Part shown: positions 41,069-52,359 of the stretch, in pieces
How positions within the stretch are numbered: position 1 is the stretch's first letter
Layout of the letters: each line of letters starts with the position of its first letter
Assembly: GCA_002189035.1 (NCBI GenBank)
Contig: CM007990.1
Span: 5,828,001-5,892,000 of the forward strand
Length of the DNA: 64,000 nt
Direction: 5' to 3'
Origin: Utricularia gibba
Lineage: Eukaryota; Plantae; Magnoliophyta
Program-made: the position numbers and the translations under genes
The notes under the pieces: model-generated
Database searches by the model: none
What the model saw: only the letters and a program-made list of their open reading frames with translations
Told to the model about the DNA's origin: nothing

Positions 41069-42694
41069 CTATGCGGATGGCGGCGAGCGTGAATCGCTCA
41101 GTAGAGGAGTGTCAGCGTCGGCGTCGGCGTCCGCTGCGGCTTCCGGCTCGTCATCTTGAATTTCCACCGCCTTTCCCCAAATCACCAAGTAAAACCCGAC
41201 CGAGATTACGACCGATCCGATTACGCTGCAGCAGAAGCAATCAATCGTAGTAACACGGCGCAAAACAAGAGTGAAGATCAATTGGAGTGCTGTAGGATTA
41301 CCATCCAAGGTACAGACTGTCGTTGAGGAGGATCACTCCGGCAACCGCCGCTATTACAATCGACAGCGGCCGGAACAACGCTACATAAACGGGCCCCTTC
41401 ACGTGCAAACCCCATGTGTGAACACAAACGCCGAATCCAGAACCGATCACACCCTGCAAAATCAGGAATCGAGTGGTGTGATGTAAACGTTATCAACTCT
41501 TCGGAGAATCATGAGATTTAGGTAAACCGTACCGCGTATAAAATGGACCAGAGGCGGATGTCGGCGGGAACTCGCCATGCGGCGGCGTTGGTTTCCGATG
41601 GGAGAAAAAAGGGGAGGCTCGATAGGCAGGCAAATAGATTGTAGAAGAAAACCACCAAAAGCTCTGCCGGATATTCCCTCACAAACTTCGCCTTCAAAAC
41701 CACCAATTGCAAACCCAAATCAAGAAAGTTTCCTTTTTTTGCTTTTCAAAAGCACACCCGAAAAGGCAACTGCTGTAACTTCAATCTTGTAACTTCAAAA
41801 AATGTTTTTCTTTTTCGACAAGATGGGAGCTTCTCACCTGCAAAATGTACCACACAGAGACGATAGCGTAGCTGAGAGCGAGCATCGTTCCGCCGGTGAT
41901 CCAATCGGAGCGATCACCGTTTAGGGCAGTCATTTCCAGACCTTTATCGGTATGTGAATCTATGAGAATCGGGCCTCGGTACAGAACCACCACTATAGCA
42001 CCTGCTATGGACACCAATGTTCCCACGATCTTTACCTGGCTGATCCAGCTCTTTATGTTCAAAGTTTCCATTCTGAAATTTCAGTTGCAACTTCAAAACG
42101 ACGAAAACGGTTTCAAAACACAAAAAGGGAAACGATAACCTGAGAAGAACAGCAAGAAAGAAGGTTGCAGCAGGAACAATGTTGCTCATGGCTGAACCCA
42201 GCGTCGGATTGCTATACGCGATTCCTTTGTACCCAAAATACTGCGCCGCAAACCTTCAAGTCAACCAAAAACAAAAATCCCCGTTTCTTTATCTGAAACG
42301 ATTCATCAAACACTCGGCGACTAGATTCATAAGAGAATTACCCCATAGCTCCAAGAAGGAAGAATTTAGCCACCCAGAGAAAATTCAGAGGAGGAAGAGC
42401 TTTATTTCTGCATCCAAAACCCCCAAAAAGTGAAACCCTGACAAAGTTTGAGTTAGATCTCGATTACCAAACCTAGATGACTTGCCTGTAGAACAAGAGA
42501 GAGAGTGGAAGTAGGAGGATCGCGGAGACGGCATAAGAGTAGACCATAAAAACACGGTGGCTGAGGCCGGCGGTGACGGCGGCCTTGTAGATAGTGCTTT
42601 GACCGACGTTGGTGCACTCCACCGTCACCATGATCGCAATTGCAAACGCCTCCCGCCCAAACCTCCCCCATCCTCTTTCTCTGCTTCTCCGCAT
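41069..42694 (-). CDS. WAT1-related / UMAMIT (nodulin MtN21, EamA) transporter; first intron is GC-AG
   Basis: VECTNVGQSTIYKAA, SNIVPAATFFLAVLLR, KIVGTLVSIAGA, GSVVISVGFYLVIWGKA. Confidence 0.92.
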
Positions 42695-43964
42695 CTACAG
42701 AATTCTTCTTCTTCTCGTGGTGTCGTGGCCGATGGGTATTGGACAAACAGATAATTTGTTCGTGGCTTCAACCGACTTCAACGCCATTCCTTATCGAGTA
42801 ATGGTGCTGGGTCCCATATACATTTCACGGACAACGGTCACTTTTATCTCAATTATTTTATTATTAATTTACAAATAAATTTCAATCCAATAATTATGCC
42901 CAACTGCCAATTTATTTATTAATTAGAGTAATAAACAATTTTTTTTTAAAAAAGTTAACTCATTTTGCATGAGGTCTTAACGGGTGTGACATGGCTTTAG
43001 CTTCGGACGTTCCGATCTGGCCACGGACTCACATGCATTCCGGACAAAAGTAATCATTATTGATTTCTTTATCACACATTAATACTAATTGTTTATACTA
43101 TATATTATTTTTCTTACAGACTAAAAATAAGATAGTTACTTTTCTAATTCATCCCATGTCTTAATATGTATAACAAGTCTTAATTCATTCTTTGGAATGC
43201 AAGTTATCATCAATTATCATTATCTATTATTATCTTATATGATATTATTTGTTTTAATTATTTAATTTTTATGATTTCTGTTATTCTTTTCTAAAGAAAA
43301 TATTAGGAGAATTTTTCTATTTAAGCAACCAATGTGTAATACATAATCGTCACAAGTCCTATAACTTTACATCAATTATAATTCAATTGTGATTACATTG
43401 TAAATTAGGATAGATTTTTTAAATTAATTATATTTTTTTATAAATAAAACATCAATATATATACATATATATTTTAAAAACAAACAATTTCATCATAATT
43501 TGAACTACCTTTTGAAATCACCAACCCCAAATCACAAGCGTTTCATGGTTTTTTGACCATTTAAAGGACTACCTAAAAATTGTTAACAATAACATTAACA
43601 TCTGATGAGCCTTCTCGTATGGACTTGGCAACCGTACGATTTGGGTGTGAATTTTGAAGGAAGAGAAGAGAGGATGCGTAACTTGATCATTTAATTGATA
43701 ATCCAAAGTTCACGGTACATATTCAAGCGCTGGGTGTACTACGCCCACCGGCGAAAGCCGAAGTAGGTGGTGGTAGCACGCACCCCTAAGCGGAATCGGT
43801 CGCTGCCTCCGGTGTGGGCGGGGGATTCAGACCCCATTTCCGGCGAACCCCCCTTCTTCTTGGCTGCTTGCACCAGAATGGGGTGGATGGGTTCACCACA
43901 ACAGAACCCATGTTCGCATCGCCACATGTCTGTGGAGTGATGTTCAGCAGGTGGTGGCCCAGAA

Positions 43965-46457
43965 TCAGTGAGGAATCACGTAGGGTAGAGCATACACATC
44001 AGCTGATTCTATGCGAACCGCCGTAGACCACACATGTGGCTCCCCAGTGGCCGGCTTGGTTCTGGAACTGCGTTTCTATGCAGGGGAGGATCCTTCTTGC
44101 TGAACAACCATTCCTGATCATCGCATTCAGACCACTGCCCCATGTCGGGCACTCTCAGTACCCGACCCAGATACTTTGCATCTGGATGTGGAGGCCTCCT
44201 GGATGCTTCAGCAAGAAGATCCTCAACCATAGGCACGCTGAGTTCCTCGCTTGCACTGCCAGAGTCCTGGCGGCGATCTTTGGGGTCCGGTGAAATTTGG
44301 ATGTTACCCACAACATCCGTGAAAGCATTGTGCGTCGAATGCAATGCATTCAATGGTTGAACTGTGGTCTTCATCGACAAGTTGCTGTCGTCCAACTGAA
44401 CACTGCCCGGAATGGGAACATTATCAGAAGTTTTGCTGAAAACTTGAGAAGCCACGGGCTTCCTTCCATTTTCTGGAAAATGGTGAATCGTTTGCACTTG
44501 ACTTTTATAGGGCCTGGCTTCAGTATCTGCGAAGGAGAGAACGGAGAGCGGTTGAATAAATGAAAACACATTGGACCAACTGAACATGCACAAAGACACG
44601 CATGGTACTTTTTTTTATAAGGAAAGATAAGTCGAAGATTTAAGGAAAAATTGAAGGAATTTTTCTACAAAATCAGCACCTGCATTTTTTATAAGGTAAA
44701 GTGCTGAAGCAAAAACAGAACTGGCGCTCACCATGGACAAAACCATTGCTATTCATATCTTTTCTTTTCCTTGAATTTCCTTGACCAAGTTTGGCGTCTT
44801 CTACACCCTGGGAAAAACCATCATTTTTATGGCCTGTAGCAGTGGCATCAGAAGAATAACGAATCTCGGAATTCTTTGATTTCTTCTCCTCCAATTTTCT
44901 ATCATTTCCCTTGTCTTTATCCCTTTCATGAATTTCCATATCTCTACCTCCAAGCTCCTCTCTGGATGTATCACTGTCTGCTCTATTAGACTTCTGTTTA
45001 TCGACAAAACTGAGGCAATTTTGACCTTTCATTGCACTAGGATTCCCATCAACCTTACCATCAGATAGTTTGACATGATTTTGGGCCATTGGCTTTCTCG
45101 TCAACTGATCCCTGGGTAACTCTGACCTCATGTTCCTGAACTGAACTCCTTTATGTCTGCTATTGCCCTTTTCTCCTACCACTTCCATGGAATGATTTCT
45201 GACAACTGCTAATTCTGTCTTTCCTTCTTGACGACCGTTTTCCATTATTGCAACCCTTCCACAAAACTGGTCCTCTGAAATCTCACCATCCTCTTCAATT
45301 CTCTTATTCAACTCTTCTACGAATTTGGCTTCCAGAGTTGTTTGTGAGACCCCATAGCCAAATGGTTTCACCCCATTACGACAATGCAAAAAAGTGGGGT
45401 GTTTATTTACTCCCGTGTAACTGCTTCCATCATGGCCATAACCTTCTCGATGGAGTTCCTTGTCAGTTCTTTGCTCAGGTATGCTAGAGACTATTAAATC
45501 ATGCAAGGCACTTGTTTTTTCTTCCTCTTTTTCCTTATTGTCATCCTTCTTATTTCGATTTTTTTCTTTCTTCTCCCTGTGCTTCTCTTTCCGGTCTTTC
45601 TTGTCTCCACTTTTCTCTCTATTTCCATCTTTCACCCTTTTCTCTCGATCCTTCCTCTTTTTTTCCTTTCTATCCTTTTTTTCTTTGAGCTTTGCCTGAA
45701 TTTACAGATTCCATATAAGAATATCATAATAGCTATGAAAGATGCCATAACAAACAACAATTCCAGTTTCCAATAAAATAAATCCTAGCCCTTTCTAAAT
45801 GACCACGTCAGGACACCATATCTGCAATCATACATAATCCTGTGCTTCCTACCATTTTCACATCGTGAACATGAAGATCGAAGAGTCTCTCACTAAGAGT
45901 AGAAAAACATGAAGACTCATGTAATAAGTCGTACCAATAGCTTGGCATTAAAAATGCAAGCATCCATCAACGATACAAAACAATAGTTTCCCCTGAACAG
46001 GGGCGTAATAGGCACAAATCAATACCACAAAAGTACTTTCCAACTGCCCGTTTGACCTTCAAATATTTTCCAAAGGGAACTTTTAGATTGGCTTAGGGTA
46101 AGGATTTCAAGGCCTTGTTTCACTAGATACCATGAACGACATAATTAATAAGCATGCTATTGAATGGAGGATAAAAAGCATTCTTAATGGACAATTAAAA
46201 AATGAAGTGATAAAACCCAACATGGTGGCCTGTGTCAACTTCATTCTATAAGCACATACTACCATTTTTGAAATCAAATTTCGTCTTGAGTAATCACAAG
46301 CATCAATTCGCTAATGCAATCTACGTAAGAACATGATAACTTGAAAGGACAAAACACAGCAGCAGATAGTATGATTGACCTCTTTCAACTCTAACAAGTC
46401 TTGTACTCTATGTTTTCTTTCATATCCAGGTGGAGGAAAAGGAAAGCAGCGAGACAT
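43965..46457 (-). CDS. Uncharacterised Lys/Glu-rich plant protein (MSRCFPFPPPGY family, often annotated 'myb-like protein X'); exons ~46457-46380, 45695-44733, ~44525-43965; apparent 1-nt deletion at ~44040-44075
   Basis: N-terminus MSRCFPFPPPGYERK, KE-rich tract, PPHPDAKYL, DDQEWLFS, and C-terminal VWSTAVRIESADVYALPYVIPH* in a shifted frame. Confidence 0.82.
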
Positions 46458-48320
46458 CTCACACTTTCGTACAGCAGGTAACAGCTGATGAACACAACAA
46501 ATATATTGCTTCAATCACTTCCCAAGAAACGATGTCTTCCAAAATGGGAATGTAGCAGCAATAGTATTTGTTGTCTATCCACCATATATTCATTCATCTG
46601 GTAATTTCTGGCCAAAAAAATTCCGGATGCAGTTACAGCCCATATGATCAGTGCACCTAAACCTTTTCACAGGCGCTCTCTCCCAGGTTCATCCAATGGT
46701 GACAGCAGCCTCACTTATAAATACACAAGAAAACTGGAACAAAATGATCTAAACGGGCAACTACTCAACACGTAGCAATACTATTTGAAAGAAGCAAACC
46801 CGCCTTGCTGTAATACTATGTCAATGCAATGGTCTAGATGCACAAGACTTGATGATCATCAGGCTGACCTCGATCTCATTCTCAAAAATTAATCCCAAAA
46901 TCATCAGAAATCATTCAAAAACAGAATTCCCTGTGACCTCATTGCTTTGAAGAGTACGAAGAGTCTTCTTCCATAAGTTGCAGGAATTATCTTGCACCCT
47001 AGCTAGCCATATCTGCATCAGAATTTGATTCATACTTGATGGATCACATCACCATAAATCCCAACAAATTCTGATCAGCTCGCCACAGAGAGGAATTTCT
47101 GGTTGAAACTCCTTAAGTTTACAGCTTTATATTGACGCCTCCGGTTCCGAAACTCATAAATACAGAAGAAGGCTCAAAATAAAATCCGGCGAGGAATCTC
47201 AATAACAGAAAACCCTAATTTCAAGAGAACGGAAGACGGAAGTGGGATTAAGTTAATTAGGCGAAATTTCAGGTGCAAGGAATGAAAAGTCCCGAAAACT
47301 TTCAGAGCTACAAGCACAAAGGCGACGCTATACAGAGTATCCCAATTACAGTAGATGCCCCAAATACCAAAGCACAAGAGCACTTGACAAGACTTGAGTT
47401 CAAGTAAAAAACCCAAGGGCGGTGAGCAATATTCCCACACCCATGTTCATCCCCATTTTGATCAATCTTCCAGTTTCCAGTTCCGAACACAGGATACGAA
47501 AAGGGTGCATTCGCCTCCGGGAGGGAAGAGATTTCCGCTGCTATTAGGTTCCAATTAAGAAGGGGGATGTCAGATTTCGTCACCGTCTACATAAATACCC
47601 AAAAAAAAACACAGAGAAATGGCGTAGGCAAAGGCAGAGGCTGATGCCCATTCCCTGCCGTGCGTGAAATGTATCCACTACCCTCCGTGGTCCAATTCTC
47701 CGATTGACTCAATCAATGGATTGGGCTTCTCCCCCTCCTCCCAAGTCCAGACGTTAGGGGCGTAGTACAGTTTCACATTCCGACCTAAGAAAATCCCGTA
47801 ATTACTAATCACACCCCATAACTATCAAATCTAACAAAACCACCCCCACACTCACTCTCTCCCCACGGCGAGGCGCCACGTATGATTGGGTGGATGGATG
47901 ATGGTAGTCCTCTGCTATGTTAAGGAGCATGGATGGATGCGTCCATTACATGCATGACGCCATGGATGCGTTGATGATGTCCATGCATGATTAGATCTCC
48001 ATGATTGTATTTTGGTATTAAATGCAAAATAATGGGTAAAAAAAATGATGCTAAATTCGTTATTATTATTTACACGTACGGAACACGCGATTCACGGTAT
48101 CGGAGGAGTCTACCAACTAACTACGAAGTGTGGGGGTATTTATTGGGAACGTGAGATCGTCACTCCGCTGCGCTCCGTCACTTTTCCTCAGCAACTTGCG
48201 AAACCATCGCTCTCCTTTTCTCCTTCCTTTTCCCTCTCAGCCACAGTGACGGCGACCTCTTTTTTTCTTTCTTTTTTTTTTTCGGTTTGGCGGTGAAATC
48301 AATGATTTAAGTGACGTAAA

Positions 48321-51300
48321 ATGTACCAGTCCTCCGCCGCGTCCTCCTCGCAATCCGCCGGAGCCTTCCTAGCCTCCGCGCCGCGCCGCAGATCGGACAA
48401 GTGTGAATCCTCTGCGGTGATGTCTAACCATGGGGACGACGGAGGAAGCGTCGCGAACACGACTATCGGACTCAGACCGTCGTTCGGCTTCTCTGCCACG
48501 CCGTGCTCCTCTCCTCCTGACATCGCGCGGCACAGCAGCTCGCCGGCAGTGTTTTTTCTCAATCCATCGGCGGCCGACAAAAACGGTACGCGGTTTCCGT
48601 TAAAATAGAAATATGGAATTAACCTAAAGAAACGCAGCAGTTTTAGGTCAACAAGTCACCTGAGTGCGCGTGTAGTTCACGCTTCTTTGTCCTTGGCACC
48701 ACCAAACTCTGAAAAAATTGCCAAATGCACCCCAATTTAACCCCTTATTCCTTTTTATGCATACTTTTGACGGCAATTGCGTTTCTTATCCGCCAAGTAG
48801 TAGTGTACCCAGGACCACAAAAAATGAGGGGAATCTTGTGATTTATAACATATAGAGGGAGCACTTTTAAAATCAATATCTTTTTTTGTCCTTATTTGCA
48901 ACTTGGACCCCTTTTTTTCTTAATTATTGTTTTAAAAATCTTATTATCTGTTCAAAAAGATTTAGAACAATTCTTTTCATACCCAATTATTGCTTTTTTT
49001 TTTTATATAGAAAAGAAAGTCTACTGGTTTGTATGGGAATCTTAGGCATGATGTCGGGAGGTACACAAGCTTTAAAACCCTCCACCAAACAAGCTTACTG
49101 AGTTTTAGGGAGCCGTACAGGGTGAAAGTTACTAGAGGTAGAAGAAAGCAGCGGCCTACGTTTGACCGCTATAAATAAACCCAGTTAAGGTGAGAATTCA
49201 TCTCCCACAAAACCCTCTCCCCTTCTAGGAGAAGAAGAATCATTCATGGTGGTGTGTACGGACGAAGAAAACCACACACATGCACGTAGCCCAGAGTCAT
49301 GATTAGATAACGGGAAGTTACCACCCTTTCTTCTCTGTGTGTGTGTTCTCAGGGGGGTTTGAGTTCTCTTTCATGTTACACTGGCCTTGCTTCAGGGTAA
49401 ACCCGAAGTGTCCATTTCGTGGTGGAGCCCCGGTCCTATATGCCCGAGTCTCTCTCTGCCCATTGGTTTGGTTCAAAAGCCACCAGTTTTGTGAGCGTCT
49501 GAGATTAAAACAAGAATAATTTAATCTGTGAGGTGCAAGTTGTGTGTGCGAGGGTTGCTGGCTGCAGCATCTGTGCCCAAGTTGGGCGAGTTTCAGACCC
49601 ACAACTTGCCCTCGTGCATTGGTTTAATGATGAAAGGCATTCATTGTGTGCATAGTGCAGAGGCACTCCCCAGAATTCAAATTCAAACTCAGCCTTTTGT
49701 TGGGAGAGACGATGACTCAGTTCCCCCACCATAAGAGCTGCATTTTCCCACTCTCCTGTCTAACCTTAGGATTTCATTAGGGTATCCAATAACCGCAATA
49801 GAATAGAGAAGAAGAAGAAGAGGAGGGGAAGTAACTGTCAGAAAACTAGTAGTATGAGTTGGTGGGATGATGATGATGATGATGACGAAATATCTTATGG
49901 TCTAAAGTTTGTCGTTTTCTTTTGGGTGATAATCTATTACTAGTTGCTATTACTTTGTATTGAATAAGGATAATCGTTTTTTATTTATATTTTTTTTAAA
50001 AAAATTTAAAGCATCCTTTTTTTATTCTGCAAGTGGCGGCTGGTAGCTGTGTAGTAGAGTAAAAAAAAAAAAAAACATTTGTAGTAAAATCCTAAGACTG
50101 GTGTCTCTTTCTTAAACTCGAAACCCTAATTTCCAAGCCTAACTCAAAACCGTGCTTAAGCAGGCAAAACCAGCCCTAGATTTGAAACCCTAATCTCAGT
50201 AGTGTCATGAGTAATGGATATGCTACGTGATGTGATGGTGTGCAGGGGGTTTTCGCTGACTAGAGAAGGGTGCAGCTCGAAGGGCATGGGCGACGGTGGC
50301 GGTTCGGGCTCCAGGCTGAGTTTCAACGGATCCGAATCGTTGACTGGGGTGTCTGATCACGAACACGAGCAAATGAAGATGCATCACTGCAACAAGTACC
50401 AGCCGCTTGTGGATCCCATCCTCTTCTCCATCGCGCAGAGGGCTGATGGGGTCGACCCCCACTCTCAGGTAGGCCTAAAGTTGTAACTAACTAACTACGC
50501 TAGGTTTTAGAAATGGAAAAGACCACTGGAAGCCATTGGAGAAAAGAGAAGAATCTGGAACAGTATGATCAAACTGGTTTTGAATGACGATCTGAACCTT
50601 GTTGAAGATTGTATGTTCTGTTTTTTGAAGCACTGGAATGCCTTATAAGGGTGATTTTTCTTATGAACTAAGTGAAGGAGCTTGGAATGGCAGATTCAGT
50701 TCGGTTTGTCGCAAAGTTCGATGGGGATGGCTTCGAATAGCAATCTGCTCAACACTCCCCGGATTCGGTCCCGTGCAAAATGCGAGCGAAGCGCGGGTGC
50801 GCGACGCATCCACGCAGCATCGCAGAGAGGGTAGGTGACCATTGCATATAATTGTTTGTCTTTGACTGCATCCCACCTCGGATCGTGGGAAATGATGGCT
50901 TTATGAGACACTTCAGCCATAGATGATGTGTGCAGATTGTCCTTTTACCGTGTAGTTCGATTGTCTTATGGATAGAATTTTCACGCTTGTGTTTGAGGGG
51001 AGAAACACACAACACACATCAACCCACTGCGAATATTGAAGCTAATGTCATTTTCTCTTGGCTTACAGGAAAGAAGGACAAGGATAAGCGGGAAGCTGAA
51101 GAAGCTGCAAGATCTTGTTCCCAACATGGATAAGGTAATAAAGATCATCCCTTTTGAAAACATGGGTGCTATGTGCTAGTAAAAGCTTCATTTATTTATT
51201 CGTTAGTTGCAGCAAACGAGCTATGCAGACATGCTGGATTTGGCTGTGCAGCACATCAAATGCCTTCAGACTCAGGTCCAGGTAAGTAGTCGTCGAATCC

Positions 51301-51554
51301 AAATCATATGCCTCTCAAAGCAATCCTTTTTGACATCTATTTTAGGGTTTACATTTAAGATATCTCTGAAAAACCAATTGAAATATCGCATAGGACACCC
51401 TGTTTCATGTACATGTAAATGAATGCATTCACCATGTTTGAACATTTTTGTTTGCCTGTTTTAGAAACTCAATGATGATCTGGAAGGCTGCTCGTGTGGT
51501 TCCAATAGAAATAAAAACCAACTGCAGCAGTTGTTGCATTACAAGGAAAACTGA
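48321..51554 (+). CDS. bHLH128/129-like (AKS/FBH subfamily) transcription factor; exon 1 48321-48585, then a 1.66-kb intron, exon 2 from 50246; apparent 1-nt deletions at ~50248 and ~50758
   Basis: MYQSSAASSSQS start, [80 protein letters not shown]. Confidence 0.88.
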
Positions 51555-52359
51555 AAAGGGGAGGCCAATTTTCATGTTGCGTGTTGCTACTAAGTTTCCT
51601 CTGTGTGTTTTGCACATCATCTCTTGGACAGTGCTGTGTGTAAGCTGTTCTTATTTTCGATCTCTTTTTGAGAATGAAAGTGAAATAGCAATTGAAAATG
51701 CCTTCTGTGTTCTTCTTTGTAATCTTCATTTTGGTTGCCTAACATTTTCTTTTTCTTCTGTGGTTTGATGGAAAGAGTGTTATGATTCGTGAGTTGCTGC
51801 TTTTAAGCTCATTGATGTAGTGCAATCATCAACAAGATCCAAAATCATCAATCACGACACAAGAAAAATTACTGTTACACGTGCAAGTTGCTACAGAGTG
51901 ACTTGAGCAGTGAGCATATACTGCTACCTCTGTTCCTGAAGAACAGCCTTTGAACTAGACACGTTTTTTTACCGGGAAGAATTAGTACTAACCGGGCAGC
52001 GGGCAGGTTTTGTCGTTTTTTTTTTTAAAATTTTGCTATTTCACAAAATATATTGTAAAAACATTTTAATATATAAAGGAAATGACCAAAATGGGTTTCG
52101 AATGGCAGTGGCACGTATATTTACACACACCATTACACTGGCTCTCCAGAGCAAGTAATCTGGAAGCTGAATGTAATTCCCAACTGCAGGATCCCATCTC
52201 TTTATGTACACCAAATTCCACACCTACAAAAACTTGGGAACACCATTTTCAGATCGCATCTCATCTGCAGAGAGCACCCATTCAAAGAAGTGTTCAATGC
52301 AATGTGGTACCGGGCTTCAGCCTTCGGGGAGTGAGTCTGTGTTTCTTCCAGTCTAATGG

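Noticed and set aside
42840-43600. AT-rich block as a possible MITE
   Set aside because: No terminal inverted repeats or target-site duplication could be identified by eye
43602-43640. Hammerhead-like CTGATGA followed by a GCC..GGC stem
   Set aside because: Lacks the GAAA core after stem II and has no NUH cleavage triplet at the required position
43640-43860. Telomerase RNA-like G-rich start and stems
   Set aside because: No CTAAACCCT-type template and no USE/TATA Pol III promoter
45460-45776. Phe/Ser/Leu-rich + strand ORFs
   Set aside because: Antisense reading of the Lys/Glu-rich exon of the MSRC-family gene
48299-48580. 93-aa minus-strand ORF
   Set aside because: Antisense to GC-rich bHLH128 exon 1, which explains the region
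49110-49132. GAGCCGTACAGGGTGAAAGTTAC resembling the 5' half of group II intron domain V
   Set aside because: The complementary 3' half and all other organellar context are missing
49342-49353. 12-nt match to the 5' end of miR398
   Set aside because: The rest of the mature sequence and any star arm are absent; explained by a GT tract plus acceptor
50214-50245. ATG at 50214 as the bHLH start
   Set aside because: Lies in intron 1; the family N-terminus is encoded at 48321-48585
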